The position numbers and the translations under genes were made by a program. From Octopus vulgaris (lineage: Eukaryota), in contig OX597822.1 in assembly GCA_951406725.2 (NCBI GenBank), positions 4,030,001-4,094,000 of the forward strand: a stretch of DNA of 64,000 bases. Reading direction: 5' to 3'. Positions 23,671 through 36,019 of the stretch are shown here, piece after piece; positions within the stretch are counted from its first letter, which is position 1, and every line of letters begins with the position of its first letter. Under the pieces are notes generated by a model. The model ran no database searches. It worked only from the letters and a program-made list of their open reading frames with translations, and was not told the origin of the DNA.

Positions 23671-26360
23671 AATCCTTAAAATCCTTTAAAATGTTTTAGC
23701 CCGAAGGCCGCGGCCATGCTGGGGCACCACCGCTGAATGAGCTACACTAGTTTGTGAATCCACCTCTGATACGTGGCACTTGATCAACAAGGAAGTTCGA
23801 TGCTGCTGCCCGCATCCGTGTCTCCTGTCGTGAGGTAGGTTCATCTGGGACTCACGACAAGAAGAGATCCAGTTTAGTTTTAAAGAAACCCACATCCACA
23901 CCATGTAAGTCTCTCAGGCATTTAGGGAGGATGTTAAAGAGCTGTGGTCCTCTGAAACCCAAGCTGTTGCAGTATCTGGACCTGTATTTTGATGGTGATG
24001 TTGGAATCCTTGGCACCACGCAGCGGCGCCCGTTCTGCGGTTGGAGTAACTTTGAATGCCAAAGTTTGGGACAAGACCCTCCAGGATTTTCCAGATGTAT
24101 ATCACTGCATATCTCTCCCGCCTCCGCTCCAGGGAGAAGAGGTTTAATACCTTCAGTCTTTCCCAGTAGCTGACATTTTGCATTGAGACGATTTTCTTTG
24201 TGTAGCTTCTCTGAGTTGCTTCGAGTTCTGCTGTTTGTTTTATATTGTGTGGTGACCAAAGTTGGGAGCAGTAGTCCAAGCGGCTGAGGACGAATGATTT
24301 CCATAGGACCATCAGTGTCTCCTTCTCTCTTGTTCTGAAAGTTCGGAGAATCCATCCAGCTAGCCGTCTGCATTTTATCACCAGATTAGCAATATGCATT
24401 TGGAAAGATGCATCATTGCTCATGTCAATGCCCAGGTCACGCACTGATTTTGACTCAGGGATTGCAATTCTTCCTGGGCCAGTGTATCCAGTCTTCACGT
24501 CATTTACCTTTGTGTGCCAGTAGCGCAGGGCCTGGAACTTACCTGCATTAAACTGCATGTTGTTGTCCTCAGCCCACCTGTATATTGCGTCCAGCTCATG
24601 TTGCAGATGCGCAATATTTTCAGGGTTTTGTATTGCGTGGGAGACTTTTGTGTCATCTGCATAGCTAGCAAGGGTGGTCATCGTAGCAGCTGAAGGCATG
24701 TCTGAAAGGGCCACTATGAACATCAGTGGCCCCAAGACAGTGCCCTGTGGGACACCGCTTGTTATTTGCGTTTCCTTGGAGGTGGCTCCATTGCTCACAA
24801 CTGCCTGTTTTCTGTCTTTTAGGAAGTTGTGCAGCCACTCTCCAAGTTTCCCGCCTATGCCGAGACCACGCAGTTTGTGACAGATCATACCATGGTCGAC
24901 TTTATCAAAGGCTTTTGCAAAGTCGAGATATATTACATCCACATTTGAGCCATTTAGTAGCTGTTTCAACACCCAGTCATAGTGTTGCAGGAGCTGTGTT
25001 AGGCAGCCTCTACCTGGTCGAAATCCATGCTGGGTGTCAGACAGTAAGTCATTTTCTTCAAGGAACATGATTAGTTTCTTACGGACTATTCGTTCCATGA
25101 CTTTGCTGATGTGTGAGGTCAGAGAGATAGGCCTATAATGTTTAGCATCTGCTCTGCTACCTCCCTTATGGATAGGGCATATTACCCCCTCTTTCAGTTT
25201 GACTGGGAGCTTACCACTTGCAAGAAAGCTCTGAAAAAGAAGCTGTAGCGGTTTTGCAAGGGCTCGTTTGCACGATTTGAGAAGGATCGCTGGGAATCCA
25301 TCAGGTCCAGCAGCTGAGTTTGTGTCAATCTCATCAATGGCTAGTGTGATATCATCATCTTCGATGTTGATGTACTCAATTTTTGTCTCTTTGGCCGCAG
25401 GTAAAGTGGCAAAGAATTCTTCTGGGTTGTTTACTTGCCTGTGTCCTAGAGGTGTAGTGAACACACTTTGGAACTGTTCGTTCAGTATTTCACTTATCCT
25501 CGTGAGATTTCCTGTGAGAGAGCCATCTTTTTGGAAGAGAGGTCCTATTCTCTGGTGCACTGTGGCTGTCTCTTTGGCAAACTTTAAGAAAGCTTTAGGG
25601 TTTGATTTCTATTACCCAAGCTTCTTTATCTGCTCTCTCCTTTTCATGGGACTGATGTAGACTTTTCTCAGTTTCCATTAGCATTCTTTTGAGCCGAGAC
25701 TTCTCACCACTTTTGGTGTGCTTGCTCAGGCGGTTTGCAATCCTTGTCCGTCGTCTCATAAGAATCCTCCTTTCTCTAGGGATCCTGTTTTTGTTCTTGT
25801 GTGTGCTGGCCCTGCACATTGGGACATATTTGTCACATATGGCTTGTATTATGGACATGAAGTGTTTGTGTTTCATGTTTATGTCCGGTGTGGAGAGACA
25901 TTCAGGCCAATCCTGTTTGAGGATCTCTTTCTCAATCAACTTCCAGTTGGCTTTATGAAAGTTTAAGTTGGAGAGATGGTGGGTGCTTCGTATAGACTGT
26001 GTGTCTGCGGGGGCTTTTGTTCCATACATAGACAGCTCTATTATGTTGTGATCCGAGATCATTGTCGGCATCACATTAACATTATGGATAATATCCATAT
26101 TGTTTGTGAAGCAGAGATCCAGTATATTATCTGCCCTTGTTGGTTGCAGAACTATTTGCTCCATGAAAGAGGCATTTGTGAGATGGAGCAGGGACTCCAC
26201 CTGTGCCTGCTGATGGTGTGTCATCCCTGGGAGCATCTGCCCCCCAGGCCATTCCACATTGGGGAGGTTAAAGTCACCCATGAAGAATACACTGTTGTGC
26301 TGTTCAAGGTTGGTGAGGACTTCTCCTATTTTTGTTAGGCAGTCTTCAAACATGCCTGTT
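23671..26360 (-). mobile_element. 5'-truncated CR1-group LINE inserted in (TA)n
   Basis: ORF2 with APE C-terminus and RT; short 3' UTR with a stem-loop and a tandem (TTTTAAGGA)-like terminal repeat; (TA)n on both sides. Confidence 0.93.
23742..26353 (-). pseudogene. CR1-type ORF2 (endonuclease/reverse transcriptase), nearly intact
   Basis: MGDFNLP, ILDLCF, SDHNII (APE); YRPISLTS, QHGFR, YLDFAKAFDKV, GVPQGTVLGP, YADDTK (RT); frameshifts near 25590 and 24030; one in-frame TGA at 23852-23854. Confidence 0.93.
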
Positions 26361-26366
26361 TATATA

Positions 26367-26430
<64 letters not shown>

Positions 26431-26437
26431 TATATAC

Positions 26438-26492
<55 letters not shown>

Positions 26493-26826
26493 TATATACA
26501 TATATACATATATATATACATATATATATATACATATATATATATGTGTGTGTGTGTATGTATGTATGTATATATGTATGTATCTACGTATGTATGTATT
26601 TACATGTGTGTGTCTTTGTGTCTGTTTATCACCCCCGTTACCACTTGACAACCGGTGCTGGTGTGTTTACGACGAAGCAACCCAGCACTTCGACGAAAGA
26701 ATCGATAGCATAGATACCAAACTTTTAAAAAAATGTCCTGGTGTCGATTCGTTCGATTAAAACCCTTCAAGACGGCGCCCCAGCATGGCCACACGCAAAG
26801 TAAAAGGTAAAACATAAAGGATATAT

Positions 26827-26944
<118 letters not shown>

Positions 26945-26946
26945 GA

Positions 26947-27010
<64 letters not shown>

Positions 27011-27340
27011 CCGTAACACTCTATCGACCAGATTATCAAATATTGTTAGATATCACTGGTCAAAATGCCTTTTCTCGCCTTCAAACGATGACACTTCATT
27101 AGTTTGGTGGTAAAAGTAATTGCTGTAATGTAAACAAGGCTTGATTGGAAAATTGAAATGACTCGATAATTGATAAATAAATTTTATTAATCAATGCATC
27201 ACTTACACTTCGTTTCATATTGAAATTAGATAGAAAATTCCGCTAAAGTGACATGCAGTGCAACTTCAGTTCAAAAGCAATAAACGTTTCTTGATCTGTG
27301 ATGAAAATTAAAAGTCTAAAAGCATGAAAGAAGCTGTGGA

Positions 27341-27433
27341 ATATTACAGCTGTTTCAAAGAGGCAACGAGTGCATATTACATAACATTATGAATGCTTCA
27401 AAGATATCCGCTGCTCTTTTTCATCAGGTATAT
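27341..27433 (-). ncRNA. Type I minimal hammerhead ribozyme motif, core intact
   Basis: Minus strand: ATAC-CTGATGA-A-AAAGAG..(long loop)..CTCTTT-GAAA-C-AGCT-G-TA-ATAT. Confidence 0.62.
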
Positions 27434-27774
27434 GCAGCCATTCTGTTAAAATTATCTGTCGTAATGAATAATACACAAAACCAGACTAGCAGAAAATCAA
27501 AAAGTGGAAATGGAATGTGAAACTGATAAAGAGGAAATGTGTCTAGAAAAATTGGTGTGAGGTTTCAATTCGTTATCTGCATACTAAAATTTACGGTGCG
27601 GCTACAGGAGATTCTAACGTGATTAATGTCCATCTGGTGTCAATGAAAGGAAGGTGGCGCAAGAAAACTTGGAATTTTTATTACTGAGGAAGAATGATGT
27701 AAGTAAAAAAAGATTTTCAAGCGAAAAATATAGGAAAGATAAATGTAAAGAGTAATTTTATTTTCTATAGTTGT

Positions 27775-27922
27775 AGGTGTTGCTGTGTGGTAAGAAGCTT
27801 GCTTCTCAACCACTTGGTTTCGGTTTCAGTCCCATGGCGTGGCAGCTTGGAAAGAGTCAACTGTAGCCTGACGCCGACCAACGCCCTTGTGGACTTGGTA
27901 GAAAGAAACTTAAAAAGACTGT

Positions 27923-27972
<50 letters not shown>

Positions 27973-28190
27973 TGCGTGTGTGTGTGTGTGTGTGTCTTTG
28001 TGTCTGTGTTTATCGCTCCCGTTATTGCTTGACAAACAGTTTTGGTGTGTTTACATCGAAGCAACTTACCGCTTCGACGAAAGAAGCGATAAAATAAGTA
28101 CCAGACTTTAAAAAAGCCCTGGTGTCACATCATTGAACTAAAACCCTCGGTGTTGTCACACTCAAAGTAAAAGATAAAACATAAAGGATA
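27775..28190 (+). mobile_element. SINE family A, diverged; related partial copy at 26590-26825
   Basis: Head and core present; both copies share the unusual end CAAAGTAAAAG.TAAAACATAAAGGATAT. Confidence 0.78.
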
Positions 28191-28198
28191 TTTTTTTC

Positions 28199-28424
28199 TT
28201 TATTTGTGAATTAAGGCTTGGTTTCATATTAAGAAAAGTAGGAAAATAGCCTAGTGTCTTAACAATTTTTCAAGCCGATTACATGTGGAAAGATGCTCGC
28301 CTCCATTTTGGAAAACAGGCGAACACCTTTCCCTATGTGATCGGCTTGAAAATTTTTAAGACATTAGGATATATTCCTACTTTTCTTAACATGAAACCAA
28401 TGGTGGCCTTAATTCACAAATAAA
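28199..28424. repeat. ~225-bp fold-back palindrome (MITE-like)
   Basis: TTTATTTGTGAATTAAGGC...TCGCCT pairs with AGGCGA...GCCTTAATTCACAAATAAA around a ~14-nt loop. Confidence 0.88.
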
Positions 28425-28474
28425 TAAATTATGTATCCACCTATACGTTGTTGAGACTTATTTCATCTTTCGAC

Positions 28475-28527
<53 letters not shown>

Positions 28528-29249
28528 TGTATGCATACATGTGTCTGTGTATGTATTTATATGTATATGCATATGTATATATATATACATCATGTGTGTG
28601 TGTATGTATGTATATCGAATATAACATTCTGAGTAAAAACGAGTTACATCAATATTTAAATACACAGACACATTCATTTGCACAGTGTTTATATAGTCAT
28701 GTACACAATCAGAAAAAACTGTAGAAAGTGAAAGATTCTTATATAACTGTTACAGGTACGATAGTTTTGATGTATTCCAAATACACTTATTTAAAAATGC
28801 ATTTGAAAACCAAAGCTTAAATGTGTTCTGTATCACCGGAACAAGAATATGTGATGTGTAACTCTAAATAAAATAGTTCGATGGAAGATATTTATAGGAT
28901 TATAAAATTACGTATGAACATGATACATGTAAAGTAATATATACATATATATATGTGTGTGTTTGTGTTTTATGCGTATTTGTATGTTTTGAGATGTGTG
29001 TGCGTGTGTCCATCTATATATAAATTACATAACACACACACACACACACACACATATACATATAGATATATATCAACATAGTTGCATTGTAGAAGACCTA
29101 TCAAATGATGCAACATATACAAGCATAATCGACACCGTTTCAATGTTGTAAATTCTCATACATTTCCAACTAAATCGCGAAATTATCTACAAACAGAGAA
29201 TATATCCAATGCTATAACAGCGTAAAGTTACATATAAGTATATAGGCAA

Positions 29250-29541
29250 ATGGAGGCGCAATGGCCCAGTGGTTAGAGCAGCGGACTCGCGGTCGTAGGA
29301 TCGCGGTTTCGATTCCCAGACCGGGCGTTGTGAGTTTTTATTGAGCGAAAACACCTAAAACTCCACGATGCTCCGGCAGTGGGGTGGGGGCGATCCCTGC
29401 TGTACTCTTTCGCCACAACTTTCTCTCACTCTTTCTTCTGTCGGCCTGGCGTCATTTGAGTGCTGAAACAATGCGAAGCGCATTGTGACCAGCGATGTGT
29501 AGCAACATCTGATAGCCTGGTCGGTCACGGTGATAACGGTG
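29250..29541 (+). mobile_element. SINE family C (tRNA-Arg-like head), tail type 1
   Basis: TGGCCCAGTGG A box, GTTTCGATTCC B box; 10-bp TSD ATATAGGCAA at 29240-29249 and 29542-29551. Possibly one of the published Octopus OR families (from memory, unverified). Confidence 0.9.
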
Positions 29542-30549
29542 ATATAGGCAAGTATACATACACATGTATATATGTTTATAAATAGTTAGATATTTATACA
29601 ATCATGTACCTATCTATGTGTGTGTGTGTGTGTGAGTGTGTGTGTGTGTGTGAATGTGTGCGTGTATATATATATATATATCGTATATATATCATATATA
29701 TCATAAATTTCTATCCTATATGCTATTAGTATATTAATAGCACTTACACGGTTTCAACTGGTGTTATTTCTAATACACCAATTTTAAGTACCTTTAATTG
29801 ATAGGTTTTGGAAACTATTTATGAGCGTTGAAAGTTTTTGTATGTTTATGTATTTATAAATAAATATACATATACAAACATATATATATATATGCAGAGA
29901 TAGGTATACAGACATACACAGAAACAGAGAGAGGTGGAATAAATAGATAGATAAATGTATGCAGGTATTTGTGTAGTTGTGTATGCGTGTAATTATATAT
30001 ATTTTTTTTTTTGCATTATCATATTAATATTATTTTGTATATATTTATGCATATGGGTGTATGTATTTTCATATGGATGTATGTATTTTTATATGAATAT
30101 AGAGACTGCGAGAGGGAGAGATGTGTGGGCATACACATTTTTCATGCTATAGCCTTAGATAGATTTTTAGCTTACTCATAAATAATAGTAACCTATTCAT
30201 TTTTTAACTCCTATTGCTAGGGAATTTCGCAACGCTTCAACGGCCTAAATTTAAAAACTGACATCATGCAAATAATTTTATAAGTATCGTGTGTATAGAT
30301 AGATAGATGTATGTGTACACAAACACACACATATGCGCCTCCTTTACTGATGTGGTCTCGGCTTGGATTAACTGGAATTTAATAGAAAGATATTTTCCAC
30401 AGCAAAACAAATACAGGAAATAGTTGAATACAATGCAGATCACTGATAGCACTCCTTGCATTAAACAAATTATACTATGTTATTCCTCACCCCCAACAAT
30501 AGATGTTGTGACACGGAAGTGACCATTCATGACAGTGGACAAAGTTGCC

Positions 30550-30720
30550 AATACCAACGAGAGAACCAACCTAAAACAATACGTTAGACTGACCGACAAA
30601 TCCTTCAAGCGAAGATTCTAGAATCACATTGCTTCATTCAAAAACACATAAAGCAGGATACTACAAGCAACGTGCAAGCTGTATCTAACATATAGGAATT
30701 GACAAAACATTAGACATCTC
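30550..30720 (+). mobile_element. Penelope-like element GIY-YIG endonuclease remnant
   Basis: Translates as KQYVRLTDKSFKRRF*NHIASFKN, matching the YIGxTxxxFKxRxxNHxxSF pattern. Confidence 0.6.
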
Positions 30721-31058
30721 CGTTTCCGCTTCTTCCCAACTGGCTTCCCTTCTTTCTCCTTCACTAGTCCTCCATATTTCGCTCACTCTTACACGCTTCC
30801 TGAAACCTCAGACCCGACTGCATAATCTGGTACATCATCACCCCACTCGTCTTTCCCTACTCCTCTCCCTACACTTTCCGTCACTCCTACATTCATGTAC
30901 GTGTAATCTATACATGAGCCACCCGATAGAGAACTTTTTTAATCCTTGTACCTTCTATCCTGGATCTTCCGTTTCGCAGCATTTCCATTCTCCGGATTTC
31001 TCCACTCAGCATGACGATGTTCAGCTTAGCTCGGAACGGTGGCATCCCAGACCATGAA

Positions 31059-31253
31059 GGCGACGAGCTGGCAGAATCATTAGCACGCCGGGCGAAATGC
31101 TTAGCCGTATTTCGTCTGCCGTTACGTTCTGAGTTCAAATTCCGCCGAGGTCGACTTTACCTTTTATCCTTTCGGGGTCGATAAATTAAGTACCAGTTAC
31201 GCACTTGGGTCTATATAATCGATTTAATCCGTTTGTCTGTCCTTGTTTGTCCT
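31059..31253 (+). mobile_element. SINE family B, tail truncated
   Basis: Head, B box and central domain present. Confidence 0.88.
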
Positions 31254-31254
31254 C

Positions 31255-31690
31255 AAAGGATGTGCAGATTAGTTACGGCTAAGATCAGTCCATTATCCCT
31301 AAGGATTTGGGTATGAGATGCGTGTCTGCCAAGTTTGTGCTAAAACTGCTTTCAGCCGGCTAAAAAGACACTCGGGTTTCAGCTGCACAAGATTTACTTG
31401 ACTGTGTCGAGAACGATGAATAATTTGGGCAGGTATCGCCAAGCATTTGGTAAAATTTGATGAGGATCCGCTGCTCAACTTTCTCTGTCATGGTCAATGC
31501 GACGATCACACGCTACACACCTTCCTTCCAAGCACTGCAATAAACAGAGAAAGTGAGCTAGAACATTGAAACTTAGTACACCTGCACAGCAGAGTTTCGG
31601 GTGAATCTGTGCCAAGCAGCCTCCTTCTCCGTGCTTTAGCTTTGTTACTATAGCAACAGTCCGGATATTTATTGCTCAAACCACGCATAT
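31255..31690. mobile_element. Rearranged second-family mariner remnant
   Basis: Plus strand 31255-31420 reads DLGMRCVSAKFVLKLL; minus strand from 31491 reads MTEKVEQRILIKF behind a TIR-like end at 31658-31690. Confidence 0.75.
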
Positions 31691-32141
31691 ATATTGATAT
31701 TCACACACATACACACACACACACACGCGCGCACACAGATAAATGTTCATCATAGTATACATGCTAAAAAGATCAACATTCACATTTGCCATACGAGCAC
31801 AACGTTAATCAGGTGCTGTGTCTATTTGGCAGCATCAGAACGATAGGTTCTAACAAAATCTACCAATTTCTATGTATATAAAACAGAGATACCACTTCTG
31901 GCCAAGAGTAATCTGAATAATTCAGTGTTAGAAAAGCTAAGTGAATTTACTAAAAGGTGCAATGACAGGAATTTCAATCAAATCATTAAAGGGTGATGTA
32001 CTAAATAGCGTTCACAATATATTATAAAATTTTTGGGTCCGCCATTCAGTTGGTGACACATTGAAATAACCCAATTCATGCTGTTGACATTTCTCAGTTA
32101 TTTCTTCTAGATGTTTGTTCGTATATATAGGTGTGGGTATA

Positions 32142-32224
<83 letters not shown>

Positions 32225-32261
32225 GTATATATATATGTGTGTATATATATATATGTATATA

Positions 32262-32344
<83 letters not shown>

Positions 32345-32347
<3 letters not shown>

Positions 32348-32457
32348 CCTGCTCGCTTAGCCAGCGGGGTGGCGTTATTCAAAGGCTAAAAAACAATGCG
32401 AACGCATTGTGACCAGCGATGTGTAACAACATCTTATGGTCTGGTCGGTCACGTGAT

Positions 32458-32465
<8 letters not shown>
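32345..32465 (+). mobile_element. SINE family C tail type 1, inside (TA)n
   Basis: CAATGCGAA.GCATTGTGACCAGCGATGTGTA matches 29470-29541. Confidence 0.82.
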
Positions 32466-32508
<43 letters not shown>

Positions 32509-32577
32509 TTTGAGGAATATTATTCCTAACTTACAGGGAAAAATTCAATTTAGAAATACTAGATCAAATTTCACAAA

Positions 32578-32640
<63 letters not shown>

Positions 32641-32830
32641 TCATGTTTTTCAGCCCAAGGGCTGTGGCCATACTGGAGTACCGCCTGTGACATATGCATA
32701 TATATATATATAAATTTAAAATGAGAGTGAGAAATTGGATATTAATTTAATTCACATTAATTTAATACCAGTAGTCTAGCATTTTAAAACCTGAAGGTTC
32801 AGTAAATTGTATCATCCCTCTCATATGTAC

Positions 32831-32861
<31 letters not shown>

Positions 32862-33442
32862 CATATATATAATTTTTGTATTCATATATTTGGCTTGTGA
32901 GATTTTATCATGCGAAATATGGCTTGGGACTTATAATATTACGAAGGTGAATGCAACCATATTTACTATCCACTTGTTATATTATTTATATTATACATTA
33001 TATTATTTTGTTGTTACTGCTGTGTTGTTGTTGTTGTTGTTGTTGCTGTTGTTGTTTTGGAAGTAGTTGACCACTTGACCAATCAATAATAATGCAAGAA
33101 GTCAAACAGAATCCCTGCTTGTGTTTTTATTGGCATAATGACCCTCCTAAGATAAAATTATGTATGCGTGTGTGGGTTGGGAGTGTAAGAGGTGGGTGGT
33201 TTTGCATGCATGTATGTGTATGTATAATCCAAAAATAATTTTTTAAATAGGTAAAAAAGAAGCAACAATTAGGTTTAAACTCAGGAAAAATGAAAGGAGC
33301 GGCTAAAGTCTAAATGTCGCTCTTCTGCAGAAAAACTAGATGAGGAGAAAAAATGGATGGAGAGAAAAAGTCAAGAGTTTCTGAATTAAACAGTCAAGTC
33401 ATGTATGTATGTACATTCAGAAGTTTGGAAATAATCATTTGC

Positions 33443-33813
33443 GGCACTCCGTCGGTTGCGACGACGAGGGTTACGGATGATCTGATCAACGGAACAGCTT
33501 ACTCATGAAATTAACGTGCAAGTGACTGAGCACTCCACAGACACGTGTACCCTTAACGTAGTTCTCGGGGAGATTCAACGTGATATAGTGTGTGACAAGG
33601 CTGGTCCTTTGAAATACAGGTACAACAGAAACAGGAAGAAAGAGTAAGAGAAAGTTGTGGTGAAAGAGTACAGCAAGGTTCGCCACCAGCTCCTACCGGA
33701 ACCTCGTGGAGCTTTGGGTGTTTTCGATCAATAAACACTCACAACGCCCGGTCTTGGAATCGAAACCGCGATCCTACGACCGCGAGTCCGCTGCCCTAAC
33801 CATTGCGCCTCCA
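33443..33813 (-). mobile_element. SINE family C, tail type 2
   Basis: Same head as 29250; different 3' half ending CCCTCGTCGTCGCAACCGACGGAGTG. Confidence 0.88.
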
Positions 33814-34351
33814 CGGAAAAATTATATTGCACACATGATGCAAGAAAAGTGCTGTTGCTTTTGTGACCGCCAAAATTTGGCTGTTCACGTTAGGTTTGAA
33901 TCTACGCCGCTAAAATAGCGATGTTAATGGCTTCGTTTTGATGCAGCGTCTGGTGTAAATATTCTTAGATTTACTTTTTTATTCCTAAAACTTTATTGAT
34001 CTGAAAACTGAAGAAACAAAAATTCCCAACACATATTCAAAAAGATTTTGTGAAATGTTGCGTTCAGAACAAATTATGAACACTGCATATAAATGTTGGC
34101 TATTTGTATAAAAGTTGTACGAAAATATTGCAATGTTGAATGTTCGCTAAATAAAACTGCCATGGTTGTGTGTGTATGTGTGTTTCTGGAGGTAGACTTA
34201 CATTTGTGATTTGTGCGTATATCATATTATTTAATGTATATTTTTTCGTATGTAAATAAAGACATCAACCACTTGGATCACGTTTCACGTCTACTTTGGT
34301 TACTGGGTATGATTCTACCACCGTGATTACCTTAATATTAATCAAACTTAA

Positions 34352-34900
34352 GGCGGCGAGCTGGCAGAATCGTTACCACACGGGCGAAATTTTTAGTGGT
34401 ATTTCGTCTGCCGCTACATTCTGAGTTCAAATTCCGCCTTTCATCCTTTCGGGGTCGATTAAATAAGTACGCGTTACGCACTGGGGTCGATATAATCGAA
34501 TTAATCCGTTTGTCTGTCCTTGTTTGTCCCCTCTGTGTTTAGCCCCTAGTGGGTACTAAAGAAATAAGTATTTCGTCTGCCGCTACGTTCTGAGTTCAAA
34601 TTCCGCCTTTCATCCTTTCGGAGTCGACAAATTAAGTACCAGTTACGCACTGGGGTCGATGTAATCGACTTAATCCGTTTGTCTGTCCTTGTTTGTCCCC
34701 GCTATGTTTAGCTCCTTGTGGGTAATAAAGAAACAGGTATTCGTCCGTTTTTATGCGTTTAGTTCAAATTCCGCCGAAGTCGGCTTTGCCTTTCATCCTT
34801 CGGATCGATAAAATAAGTGCCAGTTAAGTACTGGGGTCGATGTAATCGAAATAGCCCCTTCCCCGAAAATGGTAGTTTTGTGCCAAAATCGGAAACCAAT
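34352..34900 (+). mobile_element. Tandem SINE family B trimer
   Basis: Units 34352-34567, 34568-34735 and 34736-34900; units 2 and 3 begin at GTATTTCGTC inside the head. Confidence 0.9.
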
Positions 34901-35655
34901 ATTACCTAAACTGTATTTTTTTCCACTGCGATATAATGGGCTGTGCGTACAGATGTATGTATATGTTTATATATGTGCATGCTTGTGTGTGTGTGAGTGT
35001 GAGAAAGAGAGTATTTGTGTATCTGTGTGCGTGTGTGTGTGTGTGTGTCTGTCTGTCATGAATTCATGGAAACGAATGTCGTTTTGGTTTTCAGTTTATA
35101 CTATCAGAAACCTTCGAAGGAGTTGAGACTGTCGCAGTTGCCAAAAGAAGGTGTCCCACCAATCACTTGGACGCTGGAGACATAATTAAAGAGAAGTCGT
35201 ACCAATGAAGTGGATGGCATTCCTTTGAATGGTGCTGGCATTGTGTTTAAGTGAAACTAATTCAATAGAAATATGCTTTGGTAGTTGTCACCGTATTTAT
35301 AGCAGTACTAGCATTTCTGGTTGTAGTGCAGGTAGTACTTGGGGTGGTGCTTGTGGTGTTATCGATGGTAATGATAGTGGTAACAATAATCTGGACTGGC
35401 ACAACCGTTAGAGCGTCGAAGAAATTGCTTTGTGATATTAGATAAAAACTACTCCCCGTTCCGAATTTCAGTTCCTGTCGGAAATATTTTGTCGTTCATC
35501 GCAGCGGAGTCGACAAAATTTCTATCAGTTATTCAGTGAGATGAATCTAAGAGGAAGTTGGATTGGTAATTTCTTGAGGACAGGCACTAGTGCTGAGCTG
35601 CTATTAGGAAGCTATCTGTTTCTAGCTTAAATCCAGATGTAGTTTTTTTTAGAAT

Positions 35656-36019
35656 CACTCCGTCGGTTACGACGATGAGGGTTCCGGTTGATCCAAATCA
35701 ACGGAACAGCCTGCTCGTGAAATTAACGTGTAAGTGGCTGAGCACTCCACAGACACGTTTACCCTTAACGTAGTTCTCGGGGAGATTCAACGTGATATAG
35801 TGTGTGACAAGGCTGGTCCTTTGAAATACAGGTACAACAGAAACAGGAAGTAAGAGTGAGAGAAAGTTGTGGTTAAAGAGTACAGCAGGGATCACCACCA
35901 TCCCCTGCCGGAGGCTCGTGGAGCTTTAGGTGTTTTCGCTCAATAAACACTCACAACGCCCGGTCTGGGAATCGAAACCGCGAGTCCGCTGCCCCAACCA
36001 CTGGGCCATTGCGCCTCCA
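35656..36019 (-). mobile_element. SINE family C, tail type 2
   Basis: Highly similar to 33443-33813. Confidence 0.9.

Noticed and set aside
29250-29325. tRNA-like sequence
   Set aside because: The acceptor stem does not close; it continues into a SINE body and is bounded by a TSD, so it is a SINE head.
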